Source of the DNA: a virus
Lineage: Duplodnaviria > Caudoviricetes
Length of the DNA stretch: 56,723 nt
Reading direction: 5' to 3' (one strand)
Virus record (IMG/VR): IMGVR_UViG_3300037246_000975
Span: 1 to 56,723 of that record
Positions 18,527 to 26,427 of this stretch are shown piece by piece; within the stretch, counting starts at the first letter, position 1, and every line of letters begins with the position of its first letter. A model generated the notes under the pieces. The model was given only the letters and a program-made list of their open reading frames with translations. It searched no databases and was not told the DNA's origin. A program made the position numbers and the translations under genes.

Positions 18527-18703
18527 GTTGGCGACCGATGACATTCACCATTCTCATTCTTTAGTCATCCCAAGGTCGAACTCTTGTAATGCACCCGTTT
18601 AGCAAGATAAGGTACGTCTAAGTTCGTCATCAAAGGCAACTTGCTTTGCCATAGCAGAATTGGGACTGTAACCCAGTTCGTGTTCTACCACGCCGCCGCC
18701 AAC
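18527..18703 (-). ncRNA. Candidate structured non-coding RNA A (about 177 nt)
   Basis: Starts about 10 nt after a promoter; 5' GTTGGCGGC pairs with 3' GTCGCCAAC followed by ATTTTT; five internal hairpins; no ORF longer than 17 codons found by eye. Confidence 0.5.
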
Positions 18704-18712
18704 TATATTTGT

Positions 18713-18741
18713 ATTATACCATATCGGGGGAAACCGATCAA
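18713..18741 (-). promoter_or_regulatory. sigma70-type promoter
   Basis: TTGATC-17-TATAAT with TGn extension. Confidence 0.55.
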
Positions 18742-18751
18742 AGGTAAAATA

Positions 18752-18899
18752 TAAAAAAAGAGAGTCCGGCGTACTGCAACAATCCTAAACGGAGGGCCGC
18801 CATCCTTAATGCTGTTCTGACGGAGAGGGCTTTCGACCAACTCTCGCCTTATCATCTCACACAGGTGCGTGAATGACTTATAGGCCCGGGCTTCACGGC
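18752..18899 (-). ncRNA. Candidate structured non-coding RNA B (about 148 nt)
   Basis: Lies between the 18906-18934 promoter and a T7 run; nested stems GCCT/AGGC, TCAT/ATGA, CACG/TGTG, GAGAG/CTCTC. Confidence 0.4.
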
Positions 18900-18905
18900 A
18901 ACTAT

Positions 18906-18934
18906 ATTGTAGCATACCGAGGGATGTCGGGCAA
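18906..18934 (-). promoter_or_regulatory. sigma70-type promoter
   Basis: TTGCCC-17-TACAAT with TGn extension. Confidence 0.5.
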
Positions 18935-18973
18935 GGGAAATGTGGGGATTTTGGGAATATTTTTGAGATTTAT

Positions 18974-19346
18974 TTATCGGACGGAAGCATACTCAGGCAT
19001 ACCTTATCGGACGTGAGGGAGACTTCGCTACTACGGGGACGTGCGGGGGACTGCGTGAATTTTGGCTCGGGAAATAAAAATGAGTTTAAGTGGGAGAGGT
19101 CTTTGACCTAACATTACCGGACGTTGCTGGGGGCCGATGGGGGGTTGCTGTGCAGGATATTATCGGACTCGGTGGTTATCGGACTAGGCATGATGGCTAC
19201 GGAGGTTGGATGTTATCGGCGATGTCCTATAACCCGGCAAGTATAACCGCAAGTCTTGAGGTGTAATGGACTTAGTTATCGGACAATTAGTTATTCAGAC
19301 TTATCGGACTTGACTGGACAATTGGTTATTCAGACACTTATCGGAC
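18974..19346 (+). repeat. TTATCGGAC repeat island A (iteron-like)
   Basis: Exact copies at 18974, 19004, 19160, 19176, 19276, 19301, 19338; TTATTCAGAC at 19291 and 19326; inverted variant at 19224; ACTGCGTGAATTT at 19050. Confidence 0.9.
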
Positions 19347-19440
19347 GCTGTGGTGGGTATAGGTAGAAGAAAGGCCCGGATCATGATAACCCTGGCCATG
19401 TGTTATTTAATTTTCAGGCTATAACCAAACCCCCCACATT

Positions 19441-19701
19441 CTAACAGTTATCAACCAATTCTATCCTATACCCAAGACAACGACTAACAGTTCCGTTGTC
19501 CCATGTCACCTCAAATCCTGCTGAAATACCCCGGGATTTATTTGCTTGCAATATTGCCGTAATTGTACCCCGCTCATTACAAGCTTTTTGATATGCTTGT
19601 TTGGCATTAGATTTCGCAGGTTCACGTCCTAAACTTTGCCAATAGTCTCGTTTCCCCTTAAGGCTATATCCACTTTGTTTTACTCTGTCTTCGATTTTCA
19701 T
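19441..19701 (-). CDS. Hypothetical early protein
   Basis: 3' part of ORF 19441..19749; likely start MKIEDRVKQ after an AGGT RBS. Confidence 0.55.
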   Translation of the reverse strand: MKIEDRVKQSGYSLKGKRDYWQSLGREPAKSNAKQAYQKACNERGTITAILQANKSRGISAGFEVTWDNGTVSRCLGYRIELVDNC

Positions 19702-19783
19702 TTTATACCTCTTTTGACATAAGGAAGAGCCGGACGGCATCGCGACCATCCGGCCCCAGATGAAATGATGTGACTAAGCCCAA

Positions 19784-19981
19784 TCAGCTTATCTTAAGTA
19801 ACTCATCTCGTATAGCTTGACCGCCACATTCCGACGTGTCTTTAACTTCGCAGTTTTCACAAGCCGACAAGCCGTCAAATTGTATTAGCCAGCAATCACT
19901 TGTTAGCTTATCTTGGTCGATCTCTTTGCTTTCAGTAATCACTATTTGACCATTTTCAACCTTTGCTTTTCGATATAACAT
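19784..19981 (-). CDS. Small Cys-containing hypothetical early protein
   Basis: AGGAGGATCAAAAATG start context. Confidence 0.65.
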   Translation of the reverse strand: MLYRKAKVENGQIVITESKEIDQDKLTSDCWLIQFDGLSACENCEVKDTSECGGQAIRDELLKIS

Positions 19982-20007
19982 TTTTGATCCTCCTCGATTT
20001 ATGGTTC

Positions 20008-20322
20008 TTATAGTTTCCCATTAGCGACACAATCTCTTTTTAACCCCTCCGATACTGTCCACAATATCGGATAATCATTCAGCCGCTCATAATCAAAAAT
20101 ACACACGTTTCCGGTTGACCAATCCAAGTGATATTTTTTAGGCAACCAACCTGCATCAAACATAACCTCTAAAGTTGTTTGTTTGTAGTGTTCACTGTAA
20201 CCATAACGGAATGATCCAACAACAACAGCATTATCCTTGTGCCGAATACATCGAACGGAATGATAAGTATTTCCATTTACTTTATCAAACCACTTTTTCA
20301 CAATCACTGTAAATCGTTTCAT
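20008..20322 (-). CDS. Hypothetical early protein
   Basis: Likely start MKRFTV; W.DKVNGNTYHS...YGY.EHY motif of small phage early proteins. Confidence 0.65.
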   Translation of the reverse strand: MKRFTVIVKKWFDKVNGNTYHSVRCIRHKDNAVVVGSFRYGYSEHYKQTTLEVMFDAGWLPKKYHLDWSTGNVCIFDYERLNDYPILWTVSEGLKRDCVANGKL

Positions 20323-20963
20323 ATCAATTCCCCCCCCCAGAACCATCTCATCTCATCAGAAAACAAATCAGGTTCCCCGGTAGTCAAAGACACAAACAAC
20401 AGCTCTTCCTGATCCTCCCGTATTTTTTGCTCCTCCGCATCCGCAATACAGTCTTCGCATAAATACTCTTCTTCATATTCATGCAAATCTTTATAGTACT
20501 CACTACAACAAGAGCAAAGACCGGAATCGTAACATTCAGAACAAAGCAAATTGTCTGCCGTCGATTCGATCCCGCCACATCCATGTATGTCTATTAGCCT
20601 TATTTCGTCGGCATCCGTTATTTTACATCGACACTCCGAACAAATCGCAAAAGGTTCCGCGTCCGGACTATTGTAATTATTGAACCACCGGATAACTCCG
20701 AGAACATGGGGACAGGCCGACTCGGTAGCAAAACTCCTCAGCTCCTCTTCATTATCCAGACAATACACAAAGACTTTGTTACTAAAACTGTTCCCGTTAT
20801 TCTCAAGCAAATCCGTTGCGGCTTTTAGATCCTTGATCCCGCCTGTACCAGTTGCGGCTATATTCTCGAATGTCCCGGCCTTGTCAATATAGAAAAAGTT
20901 CCATTCCCAAATGCAGCCGCCATATCCTCCTCCGTCGTATTGTACTAAGATATTTGTGTTCAT
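20319..20963 (-). CDS. Hypothetical early protein with multiple CxxC motifs
   Basis: 214 aa; GAGGAG RBS; CSEC, CSEC, CSCC and CEDC. Confidence 0.7.
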   Translation of the reverse strand: MNTNILVQYDGGGYGGCIWEWNFFYIDKAGTFENIAATGTGGIKDLKAATDLLENNGNSFSNKVFVYCLDNEEELRSFATESACPHVLGVIRWFNNYNSPDAEPFAICSECRCKITDADEIRLIDIHGCGGIESTADNLLCSECYDSGLCSCCSEYYKDLHEYEEEYLCEDCIADAEEQKIREDQEELLFVSLTTGEPDLFSDEMRWFWGGELI

Positions 20964-21289
20964 TTTTGCTCCTCCTCATTTAAGCGTAATTCACATAAAG
21001 GATAGCCGTCATGCTCCTCCAAATAGATAGTTTCCCCGTCTCCGTCAATACGCATTTCGGCAGACAACGCCAACGGTTTTAGTTCCCCGGCATCGACCAA
21101 CGCCTTAAGTATTTCCTTATCAGACGGCACAAAGTCGGTGAATTGTCCGGGTTTTCCCCGGTTATAGGTTTTAGGCATGGTCGGGATAATGAAGTCGCGG
21201 CTGGCACAATTTTTATCATTCACATCAAATCCGTCTACTTCATTACCCCACACATCGTAAAACCATAACTCATAACTAACATATTTCAT
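20960..21289 (-). CDS. Hypothetical early protein
   Basis: YDVWGNEVDGFDVND motif; AGGAGG RBS. Confidence 0.7.
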   Translation of the reverse strand: MKYVSYELWFYDVWGNEVDGFDVNDKNCASRDFIIPTMPKTYNRGKPGQFTDFVPSDKEILKALVDAGELKPLALSAEMRIDGDGETIYLEEHDGYPLCELRLNEEEQK

Positions 21290-21304
21290 TTTTGATCCTC
21301 CTGA

Positions 21305-21466
21305 TTAGTCTGCTATTTTCTCAATTCTCTTGATTTTCTTTGTTGGTTTTAATTTTTGTACTTGTATTTTTGCATCGGCTTTATCAAAGGCCATTATTCT
21401 GATTGAACTCTTATCCTCAAAGAATACCCGATAAACATGCTTATATAGTGGCGTTTCCGATTTCAT
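21305..21466 (-). CDS. Small basic hypothetical protein (53 aa)
   Basis: Hand-translated MKSETPLYKH...KIAD; GGAGGTG RBS. Confidence 0.55.
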   Translation of the reverse strand: MKSETPLYKHVYRVFFEDKSSIRIMAFDKADAKIQVQKLKPTKKIKRIEKIAD

Positions 21467-21477
21467 TTTTCACCTCC

Positions 21478-21624
21478 TCAATATCCGTGTTCTTTTAACC
21501 AAACATCTAAAATCATGGCCGCCTCTTCCAGTGTTAAAACTCCGATATTTTCCTTGTAGATCAAATCATTCTCAAGTCTGATATACTCTTCCATGTGTCC
21601 CGGTTTCAGATTAAGTGCAATCAT
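21478..21624 (-). CDS. Small hypothetical protein (48 aa)
   Basis: Hand-translated MIALNLKPGH...KEHGY. Confidence 0.5.
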   Translation of the reverse strand: MIALNLKPGHMEEYIRLENDLIYKENIGVLTLEEAAMILDVWLKEHGY

Positions 21625-21625
21625 T

Positions 21626-21778
21626 TTACCCCCCTTTATCGTGTTCTTTATTTATTTTTACACATTCTTCCTGAACAACTGGATGCCATATGCCTTTGAT
21701 TTCAGAATAAGGCACATAATTAGTTTGTGCCCACTGTCTAAATTCTCGTTTTTCTGTTTCATTTAGTTCTCTGAACAT
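21626..21778 (-). CDS. Small hypothetical protein (50 aa)
   Basis: Hand-translated MFRELNETEKREFRQWA...WHPVVQEEC; AGGAG RBS. Confidence 0.6.
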   Translation of the reverse strand: MFRELNETEKREFRQWAQTNYVPYSEIKGIWHPVVQEECVKINKEHDKGG

Positions 21779-21867
21779 ATCAATCTCCTAGCTTATTGCC
21801 CAATACACCGCCACCACAAGCCGTAACATATTTATTGCCTTGATATTGTTAAATAGTGTGTTCATAA

Positions 21868-22047
21868 TTAGCATCCTATATATGTTTTGTAGCAATCTTC
21901 CCCACAACAAACCTGTTCTGGATATTCAGGCGTAAACTCCTGACCGCACCAAGCACATTCTCGTTTGTAATCCTTCCAGGCATCGGGACAGCCGTGTTCG
22001 TGGCATAAAACGCCATTGATTATCATTACTTCACATTGTTCGCACAT
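21868..22047 (-). CDS. Small Cys-rich protein (59 aa)
   Basis: Hand-translated MCEQCEVMIINGVLCHEHGCP...CAWCG...CCGEDC; GGAGG RBS. Confidence 0.65.
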   Translation of the reverse strand: MCEQCEVMIINGVLCHEHGCPDAWKDYKRECAWCGQEFTPEYPEQVCCGEDCYKTYIGC

Positions 22048-22080
22048 AATTGATCCTCCGATTGCTTAATCATATAGTAA

Positions 22081-22109
22081 AGTATAACCTATTATCGACT
22101 ATAAAGCAA
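22081..22109 (-). promoter_or_regulatory. sigma70-type promoter for an early gene block
   Basis: TTGCTT-17-TATACT. Confidence 0.5.
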
Positions 22110-22138
22110 ATAAAATATCTGTAAATCGAACATTTTTA

Positions 22139-22167
22139 TTGACTACCGTTATCAAATCTGTTACAAT
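22139..22167 (+). promoter_or_regulatory. Antisense-oriented sigma70-type promoter upstream of repeat island B
   Basis: TTGACT-17-TACAAT on the + strand. Confidence 0.55.
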
Positions 22168-22199
22168 ACAATGGCGGCATTCCCGGCAAGCCTGAAAGG

Positions 22200-22311
22200 T
22201 TATAGGACGTGCCGATTATCGGACGTTGTGTCCCGCCACGCAGATTATCGGACTATCCCCCAGACTCATTCCTGATACTGCGTGAATTTCCACTCGCGGA
22301 GTTATTCAGAC
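22200..22311 (+). repeat. TTATCGGAC repeat island B
   Basis: TTATAGGAC 22200; TTATCGGAC 22216 and 22245; ACTGCGTGAATTTCCACTC 22277; TTATTCAGAC 22302. Confidence 0.85.
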
Positions 22312-22327
22312 TATTTAGGTAAAAGCT

Positions 22328-22365
22328 AAGGCCGCCCAGACTACTGACACCCCAGACGGCCTTTT
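22328..22365. terminator. Hairpin, possible terminator between convergent promoters
   Basis: AAGGCCG...CGGCCTTTT. Confidence 0.4.
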
Positions 22366-22451
22366 CTACTATATTGCATCGTATCGGTTTTTTAGTTCAT
22401 TTTTAATCCTCCTATTTATTGGCCTATAGTAGGCTCAGTTCGTATATCTGT

Positions 22452-22480
22452 ATTGTACCATAATCAATAATACAAGTCAA
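22452..22480 (-). promoter_or_regulatory. sigma70-type promoter
   Basis: TTGACT-17-TACAAT with TGn extension. Confidence 0.6.
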
Positions 22481-22649
22481 GGGAAATGTCCTGCGGAGGT
22501 AAAGAGGAGGAGCCGCCCAGTTGTGGTGGCGGGAGGTATCGCCCCGGGCGGCTCGGTGGTGAAAATGATTCCCTATTCATTTATGTTCAAAAAGGGCTGG
22601 CCGGTAATGCCGGATCACTATGCCGGATATTGCAGCCAGCCTTTACCAA

Positions 22650-22931
22650 TTATTTATTATTACAAGCTATTCCAGCTAAAAATGCCTGCATCCAGTTATA
22701 AAGCTCTCGTTTTGTGTTATAACCACCTGTACTGATGGTACTAATGCCACCACCTTCGTTGTACATCCTAACAAGTTTAATGCCACCATAAGCATAATCA
22801 AGGTGATAATTGCCAATATTGACTTTGTATCTTCCCTTGCCTGTTTCTCTCCATGATTTTATTGGTGAATCTGTAACTTCATTGATTCTTTTGACCAGAT
22901 ACTCAAGGTCTTTTTGTGTGATTCGATTCAT
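22650..22931 (-). CDS. Hypothetical early protein
   Basis: 93 aa; GAGGA RBS; NIGNYHLDYAYGG motif. Confidence 0.7.
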   Translation of the reverse strand: MNRITQKDLEYLVKRINEVTDSPIKSWRETGKGRYKVNIGNYHLDYAYGGIKLVRMYNEGGGISTISTGGYNTKRELYNWMQAFLAGIACNNK

Positions 22932-23006
22932 TTTATCCTCACTTTCTTGAAAAACAAAGTCACCACGTTCCGCCTAATAGACAAACTCAATCAAGTCGGC
23001 ACTGAA

Positions 23007-23498
23007 CTACGCCAATTTCCCATCCTTAGTAAACTCGTAATCGTTTGCCTTAATACTCTCAATTATCTGCTCCTCACTTGCCAAATACTCATATCCTTTC
23101 TGGAGCATTATTCGGTAATCCTCTAAAATACTTAACCTGAATTCTTGCCGGATGTAATCGGCATCCTCACAATCTTCGTTATCTTCAGCAAGGTATGTAT
23201 GGTATTCGGCTAAAAACTCTGCGGCTGTTTTGAATGTTTCACAATCTTTTCCATGTTCTTTATGTATCTTTTTTGCTGTTTCGACTGCATCTATATCAAA
23301 ACTCCCGAGACAATAGCTCCCTCTATCTATATCGAATTCCGTAATCGTAATCCCGACGTTTTTAGCATCCTCAAAGGTATTTTCCCACCAGTCAGAGAAA
23401 AGGTTTATATCATACAAACCCTGCACGGCCTTTTCTTTTGCATCCTCCGACAATTCGTCAAAAGGATATACTGTTGTTTTCGTTACTTTGATTCTCAT
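23007..23498 (-). CDS. Hypothetical early protein (acidic)
   Basis: VYPFDELSEDAKEKA...YEYLASEE.I.ESI.ANDYEF, a recurring phage early-protein pattern. Confidence 0.7.
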   Translation of the reverse strand: MRIKVTKTTVYPFDELSEDAKEKAVQGLYDINLFSDWWENTFEDAKNVGITITEFDIDRGSYCLGSFDIDAVETAKKIHKEHGKDCETFKTAAEFLAEYHTYLAEDNEDCEDADYIRQEFRLSILEDYRIMLQKGYEYLASEEQIIESIKANDYEFTKDGKLA

Positions 23499-23644
23499 AA
23501 GTTTTTCCTCCTCTTATATTCTGCCGCCAGATTCTTTTTAACCTGCACAACAATCTTCTTCGCATTAGCCAGCCCTGCATTAGCCAACAGCTTATCCGTC
23601 AACGCCTTTGCCATATTATCAATATCAACTTTGGACAATTTCAT
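23495..23644 (-). CDS. Small hypothetical protein (49 aa)
   Basis: Hand-translated MKLSKVDIDNMAK...; ATGA overlap with the next gene. Confidence 0.5.
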   Translation of the reverse strand: MKLSKVDIDNMAKALTDKLLANAGLANAKKIVVQVKKNLAAEYKRRKNL

Positions 23645-23654
23645 ATTCTACCCC

Positions 23655-23855
23655 CTAATAAGCAGAAATATAAATATCAGGACGGCTTGTTACGTTATAG
23701 ATATAACTACCACAACGAACTAACAAAGCTCTTTTTCCGTAAAATTTATTTTTCATGCCTCGAATACTGCCGGTATGGTGAAAGTTCGGTAGTCTGCCAC
23801 CAATAAGCCCAATTTGTTTCCCGTTTTCAACTTTAAGATATTTTACTCTTGCCAT
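23655..23855 (-). CDS. Hypothetical early protein
   Basis: Likely start MARVKYL with GGAGG RBS (3' part of ORF 23655..24065). Confidence 0.6.
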   Translation of the reverse strand: MARVKYLKVENGKQIGLIGGRLPNFHHTGSIRGMKNKFYGKRALLVRCGSYIYNVTSRPDIYISAY

Positions 23856-23897
23856 TTTTGCCTCCGAAAAAGTGAAAACCTCTATTTCACTATGCAA

Positions 23898-23926
23898 AGT
23901 ATAACACATCCCGCCTGACAATGCAA
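23898..23926 (-). promoter_or_regulatory. sigma70-type promoter
   Basis: TTGCAT-17-TATACT with TGn extension. Confidence 0.5.
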
Positions 23927-24108
23927 GTACAAAATTATAAATTTTAGAAAATATCCACATTTTTATACAATCCTCCGCAGTAATGCTTTTAATCCTGCGG
24001 AGGTATATTCTGAAAACTTCCACACTTTTATCCATCACAAAACGAATAACTAATACAACCCCCACTATCTCTAAAACCCCCCAAAATCGCTATAAAAAAA
24101 CTTTTCCC

Positions 24109-24137
24109 TTGACTATCCTTTAGATATGTGATACAAT
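24109..24137 (+). promoter_or_regulatory. Antisense-oriented sigma70-type promoter upstream of repeat island C
   Basis: TTGACT-17-TACAAT with TGn; same hexamers as 22139-22167. Confidence 0.55.
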
Positions 24138-24170
24138 GAAAATGGAGTTTTTCTGACTACGCCGAAAACA

Positions 24171-24262
24171 TTATCGGTCGTAATAGTTATCGGACTGTCC
24201 TCCGCAGAACATTATAGGACTAATCCCCGTAGGTGTTTATCAGACTGCGTGAATTTCCACTC
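24171..24262 (+). repeat. TTATCGGAC repeat island C
   Basis: TTATCGGTC 24171, TTATCGGAC 24187, TTATAGGAC 24212, TTATCAGAC 24237, ACTGCGTGAATTTCCACTC 24244. Confidence 0.85.
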
Positions 24263-24428
24263 ACCATTTCAAAACCCGCCCTGACCGCCGAATCAATCCG
24301 TCTTGTTTTAACATGGCGTAGCATGTAATAAATTCAATGTGGTTTATCTCTCCGGTAGCATAAGCCCATCGTAAATCCTCTTCGGCCCGGCTAACGGTTC
24401 GCGGTCTACGTTTACTACCTTTACTCAT
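24261..24428 (-). CDS. Small basic hypothetical protein (55 aa)
   Basis: Hand-translated MSKGSKRRPR...RVLKW; GGAGG RBS; ATGA overlap. Confidence 0.55.
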   Translation of the reverse strand: MSKGSKRRPRTVSRAEEDLRWAYATGEINHIEFITCYAMLKQDGLIRRSGRVLKW

Positions 24429-24661
24429 AATTTTTTAGCCTCCTCTTTGATTTCAGTTTCTATCTTTTCCATATTTGCTAAAAGGGAACCTCGAACATCT
24501 GCGATGATGAGTCTGGTGGTATTATAATTCAAGGTAATTCCCGAGAGAGAAGTCTCCGAGTCATCAACAGTCAACCGTGCCCCATGACAATTACACATTT
24601 TATGGAATTTTGTCAGGTCTGCATATTGCTTGCTAAGCCTTTCAATTTTACTTACGTTCAT
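24425..24661 (-). CDS. Hypothetical protein
   Basis: 78 aa; AAGGA RBS. Confidence 0.6.
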   Translation of the reverse strand: MNVSKIERLSKQYADLTKFHKMCNCHGARLTVDDSETSLSGITLNYNTTRLIIADVRGSLLANMEKIETEIKEEAKKL

Positions 24662-24672
24662 AATTTTCCTTT

Positions 24673-25584
24673 CTAAAGAATAGGGTAGCTTCTTATTTCG
24701 ATTTTCGGACTTACATATCCCTTATCCCCTATGCGTTGCTCGTAGAATGGCCAAATCACTATCTTCGCTGTCATAAAAGCCCTCGCTGGATAGCAGGAGT
24801 TTGACTCATAGGTTCCCCTCCCAATAGAATGACTATCAAGCCAACACCCGGGGTTAAGAGCAAAACGGTGTCGCCACAGTAACTCTGCGGGCAATTCTCC
24901 TCTTGTAGGAACACTCGCTGCTGGTTGGGGGGGTAACACACAAAAGGTGTGAGTATGACCACTAATACAAACATCGGCACATATCCACTCATCCAACATC
25001 GCTTTTAGCTTCATAGGCTCTGCTCCTGCACTCCTACCAGAACCATAACCGTGCCGGGCCACAACGGTAACAACTGAGCTATTCTTCCCATCCCCTCTAA
25101 CAAATCTAAATCGAATCAAGACTTCATCTGATAAATCCGGTATATCAAGTTTAGAGCATAACTCAGTTTGAATATCCTGATTAACCCGCTTACGAATAGT
25201 TTTTTCGTGGCCACCTTCAAGTGCCCCTATAATTAGATGTCTTATTGGGGCGAGGATTTCTGCCAACCTGTCAGCCTCCTGTGTCGTCATATTAGACAAC
25301 TTATCTTTTACATCTGCTACATTTCCGGCCAAAAGCCAATCCGCCATATCGGAGAAATCAAATCTCCTTACATCATTTGGATTAACGGCATTCAAAACAT
25401 CTCCTCCAAGCAAAACCCGAACGTGCCGCCCTTCCATTTCGTCTCGTTTCTTTATTTCAGCCACTTCTTTTTTCAAAGCCAACTCGTTGCAGTTATATTT
25501 CCCACAATGTATATCCCACAACGGGAAAATCTCCCCTCGATCCCCACGACCACTGCATTTAATCTCAACATCTAATAGCTTCAT
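24673..25584 (-). CDS. Calcineurin-like metallophosphoesterase
   Basis: DIH, GGD, GGHE (a GNHE variant), RHG and SGHTH motifs. Confidence 0.85.
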   Translation of the reverse strand: MKLLDVEIKCSGRGDRGEIFPLWDIHCGKYNCNELALKKEVAEIKKRDEMEGRHVRVLLGGDVLNAVNPNDVRRFDFSDMADWLLAGNVADVKDKLSNMTTQEADRLAEILAPIRHLIIGALEGGHEKTIRKRVNQDIQTELCSKLDIPDLSDEVLIRFRFVRGDGKNSSVVTVVARHGYGSGRSAGAEPMKLKAMLDEWICADVCISGHTHTFCVLPPQPAASVPTRGELPAELLWRHRFALNPGCWLDSHSIGRGTYESNSCYPARAFMTAKIVIWPFYEQRIGDKGYVSPKIEIRSYPIL

Positions 25585-26162
25585 ACCTTCATCCTTTCAA
25601 GATTCAGCATTCTATACATAGCCAAAAATATTTCTTCCGCAGGCTCAGGGAGCCAAGGAATTATGATCTCTTCTACAGGATTACTGGCATCCACTATCCA
25701 GTCAAAACCAGGAGGCATTTCTGGCATCAAATCTCGAATCTCTGTAGCCATCATCCGAATGTCAGCCTCCTTAACCTCCACAGAATAGGTTAAGTCAACT
25801 CCTAACGCTAAACCAATTATCGGTTGGATTTCTCGTTCAAAACCTCCAACTGTTTGAAAATATCCCGTAGTAGGGTCTTTTACCCAAAGGAGTCTTTTCC
25901 AAGGTTTAGCTATATCGCCGATATATGTCTCATCCGCATCGTGGAGCAACTTCGCCAGCGGATCGCCGGGCAAATCCTCATTCATCGCCATCAGCACACA
26001 ATGCTGAGCAACGGAGTAAAACTGCCGAGTATGCCCCGTATATCTACATTGGTACGCCAACGAATGAGCAATGTCCTCTATACAGACCATTTCGGGTTTA
26101 GGATTTAACAAATCGAAACTCTTCCCGGCGTAAGTTGCAACATGATTAATGCTATTGTTCAT
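25581..26162 (-). CDS. HD-domain phosphohydrolase (YfbR/DatZ-like)
   Basis: IEDIAHSLA..CRY.GH, YSVAQH, LLHDADE.YIGDI, VKEAD motifs. Confidence 0.9.
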   Translation of the reverse strand: MNNSINHVATYAGKSFDLLNPKPEMVCIEDIAHSLAYQCRYTGHTRQFYSVAQHCVLMAMNEDLPGDPLAKLLHDADETYIGDIAKPWKRLLWVKDPTTGYFQTVGGFEREIQPIIGLALGVDLTYSVEVKEADIRMMATEIRDLMPEMPPGFDWIVDASNPVEEIIIPWLPEPAEEIFLAMYRMLNLERMKV

Positions 26163-26427
26163 TCCGTTCCTTTCGTATATACCAAATCAACATTCCTAAC
26201 CAGATTGTATTCACCGCTACCACGCCTAAACCTCCTGCAAAACTCACCCATTGTCCGAGATGTGGATAATAATGGATGTTCCAGTAGCCCCAAGCCGTAA
26301 AGTAGGCTATGTGCACGAAGCTCAAACCCCGAACCTTCTTGTCTTTATAGAGTTTTATACAAATGAGCATAATAAACAAGCCGCCTAAAAGCTCGAACAA
26401 GCCATTAACTTTATCTTGCCACATCAT
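26152..26427 (-). CDS. PQ-loop/SemiSWEET-like 3-TM membrane protein
   Basis: 91 aa; three hydrophobic helices; KLYKDKKVRGLS loop matching the PQ-loop 'K.K.v.glS' pattern. Confidence 0.65.
   Translation of the reverse strand: MMWQDKVNGLFELLGGLFIMLICIKLYKDKKVRGLSFVHIAYFTAWGYWNIHYYPHLGQWVSFAGGLGVVAVNTIWLGMLIWYIRKERNEQ

Noticed and set aside
18599-18652. 17-codon ORF MAKQVAFDDELRRTLSC resembling the GroEL N-terminus
   Set aside because: Too short, no RBS, and it lies inside the predicted RNA structure; most likely chance.
18527-18703. Canonical tRNA or tmRNA
   Set aside because: No proper T-stem/acceptor geometry or CCA end, and the length is wrong; kept only as an unknown structured RNA.
18974-19346. 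CRISPR array or mini-array
   Set aside because: Repeats are only 9-10 bp with irregular spacing, and there is no cas operon.
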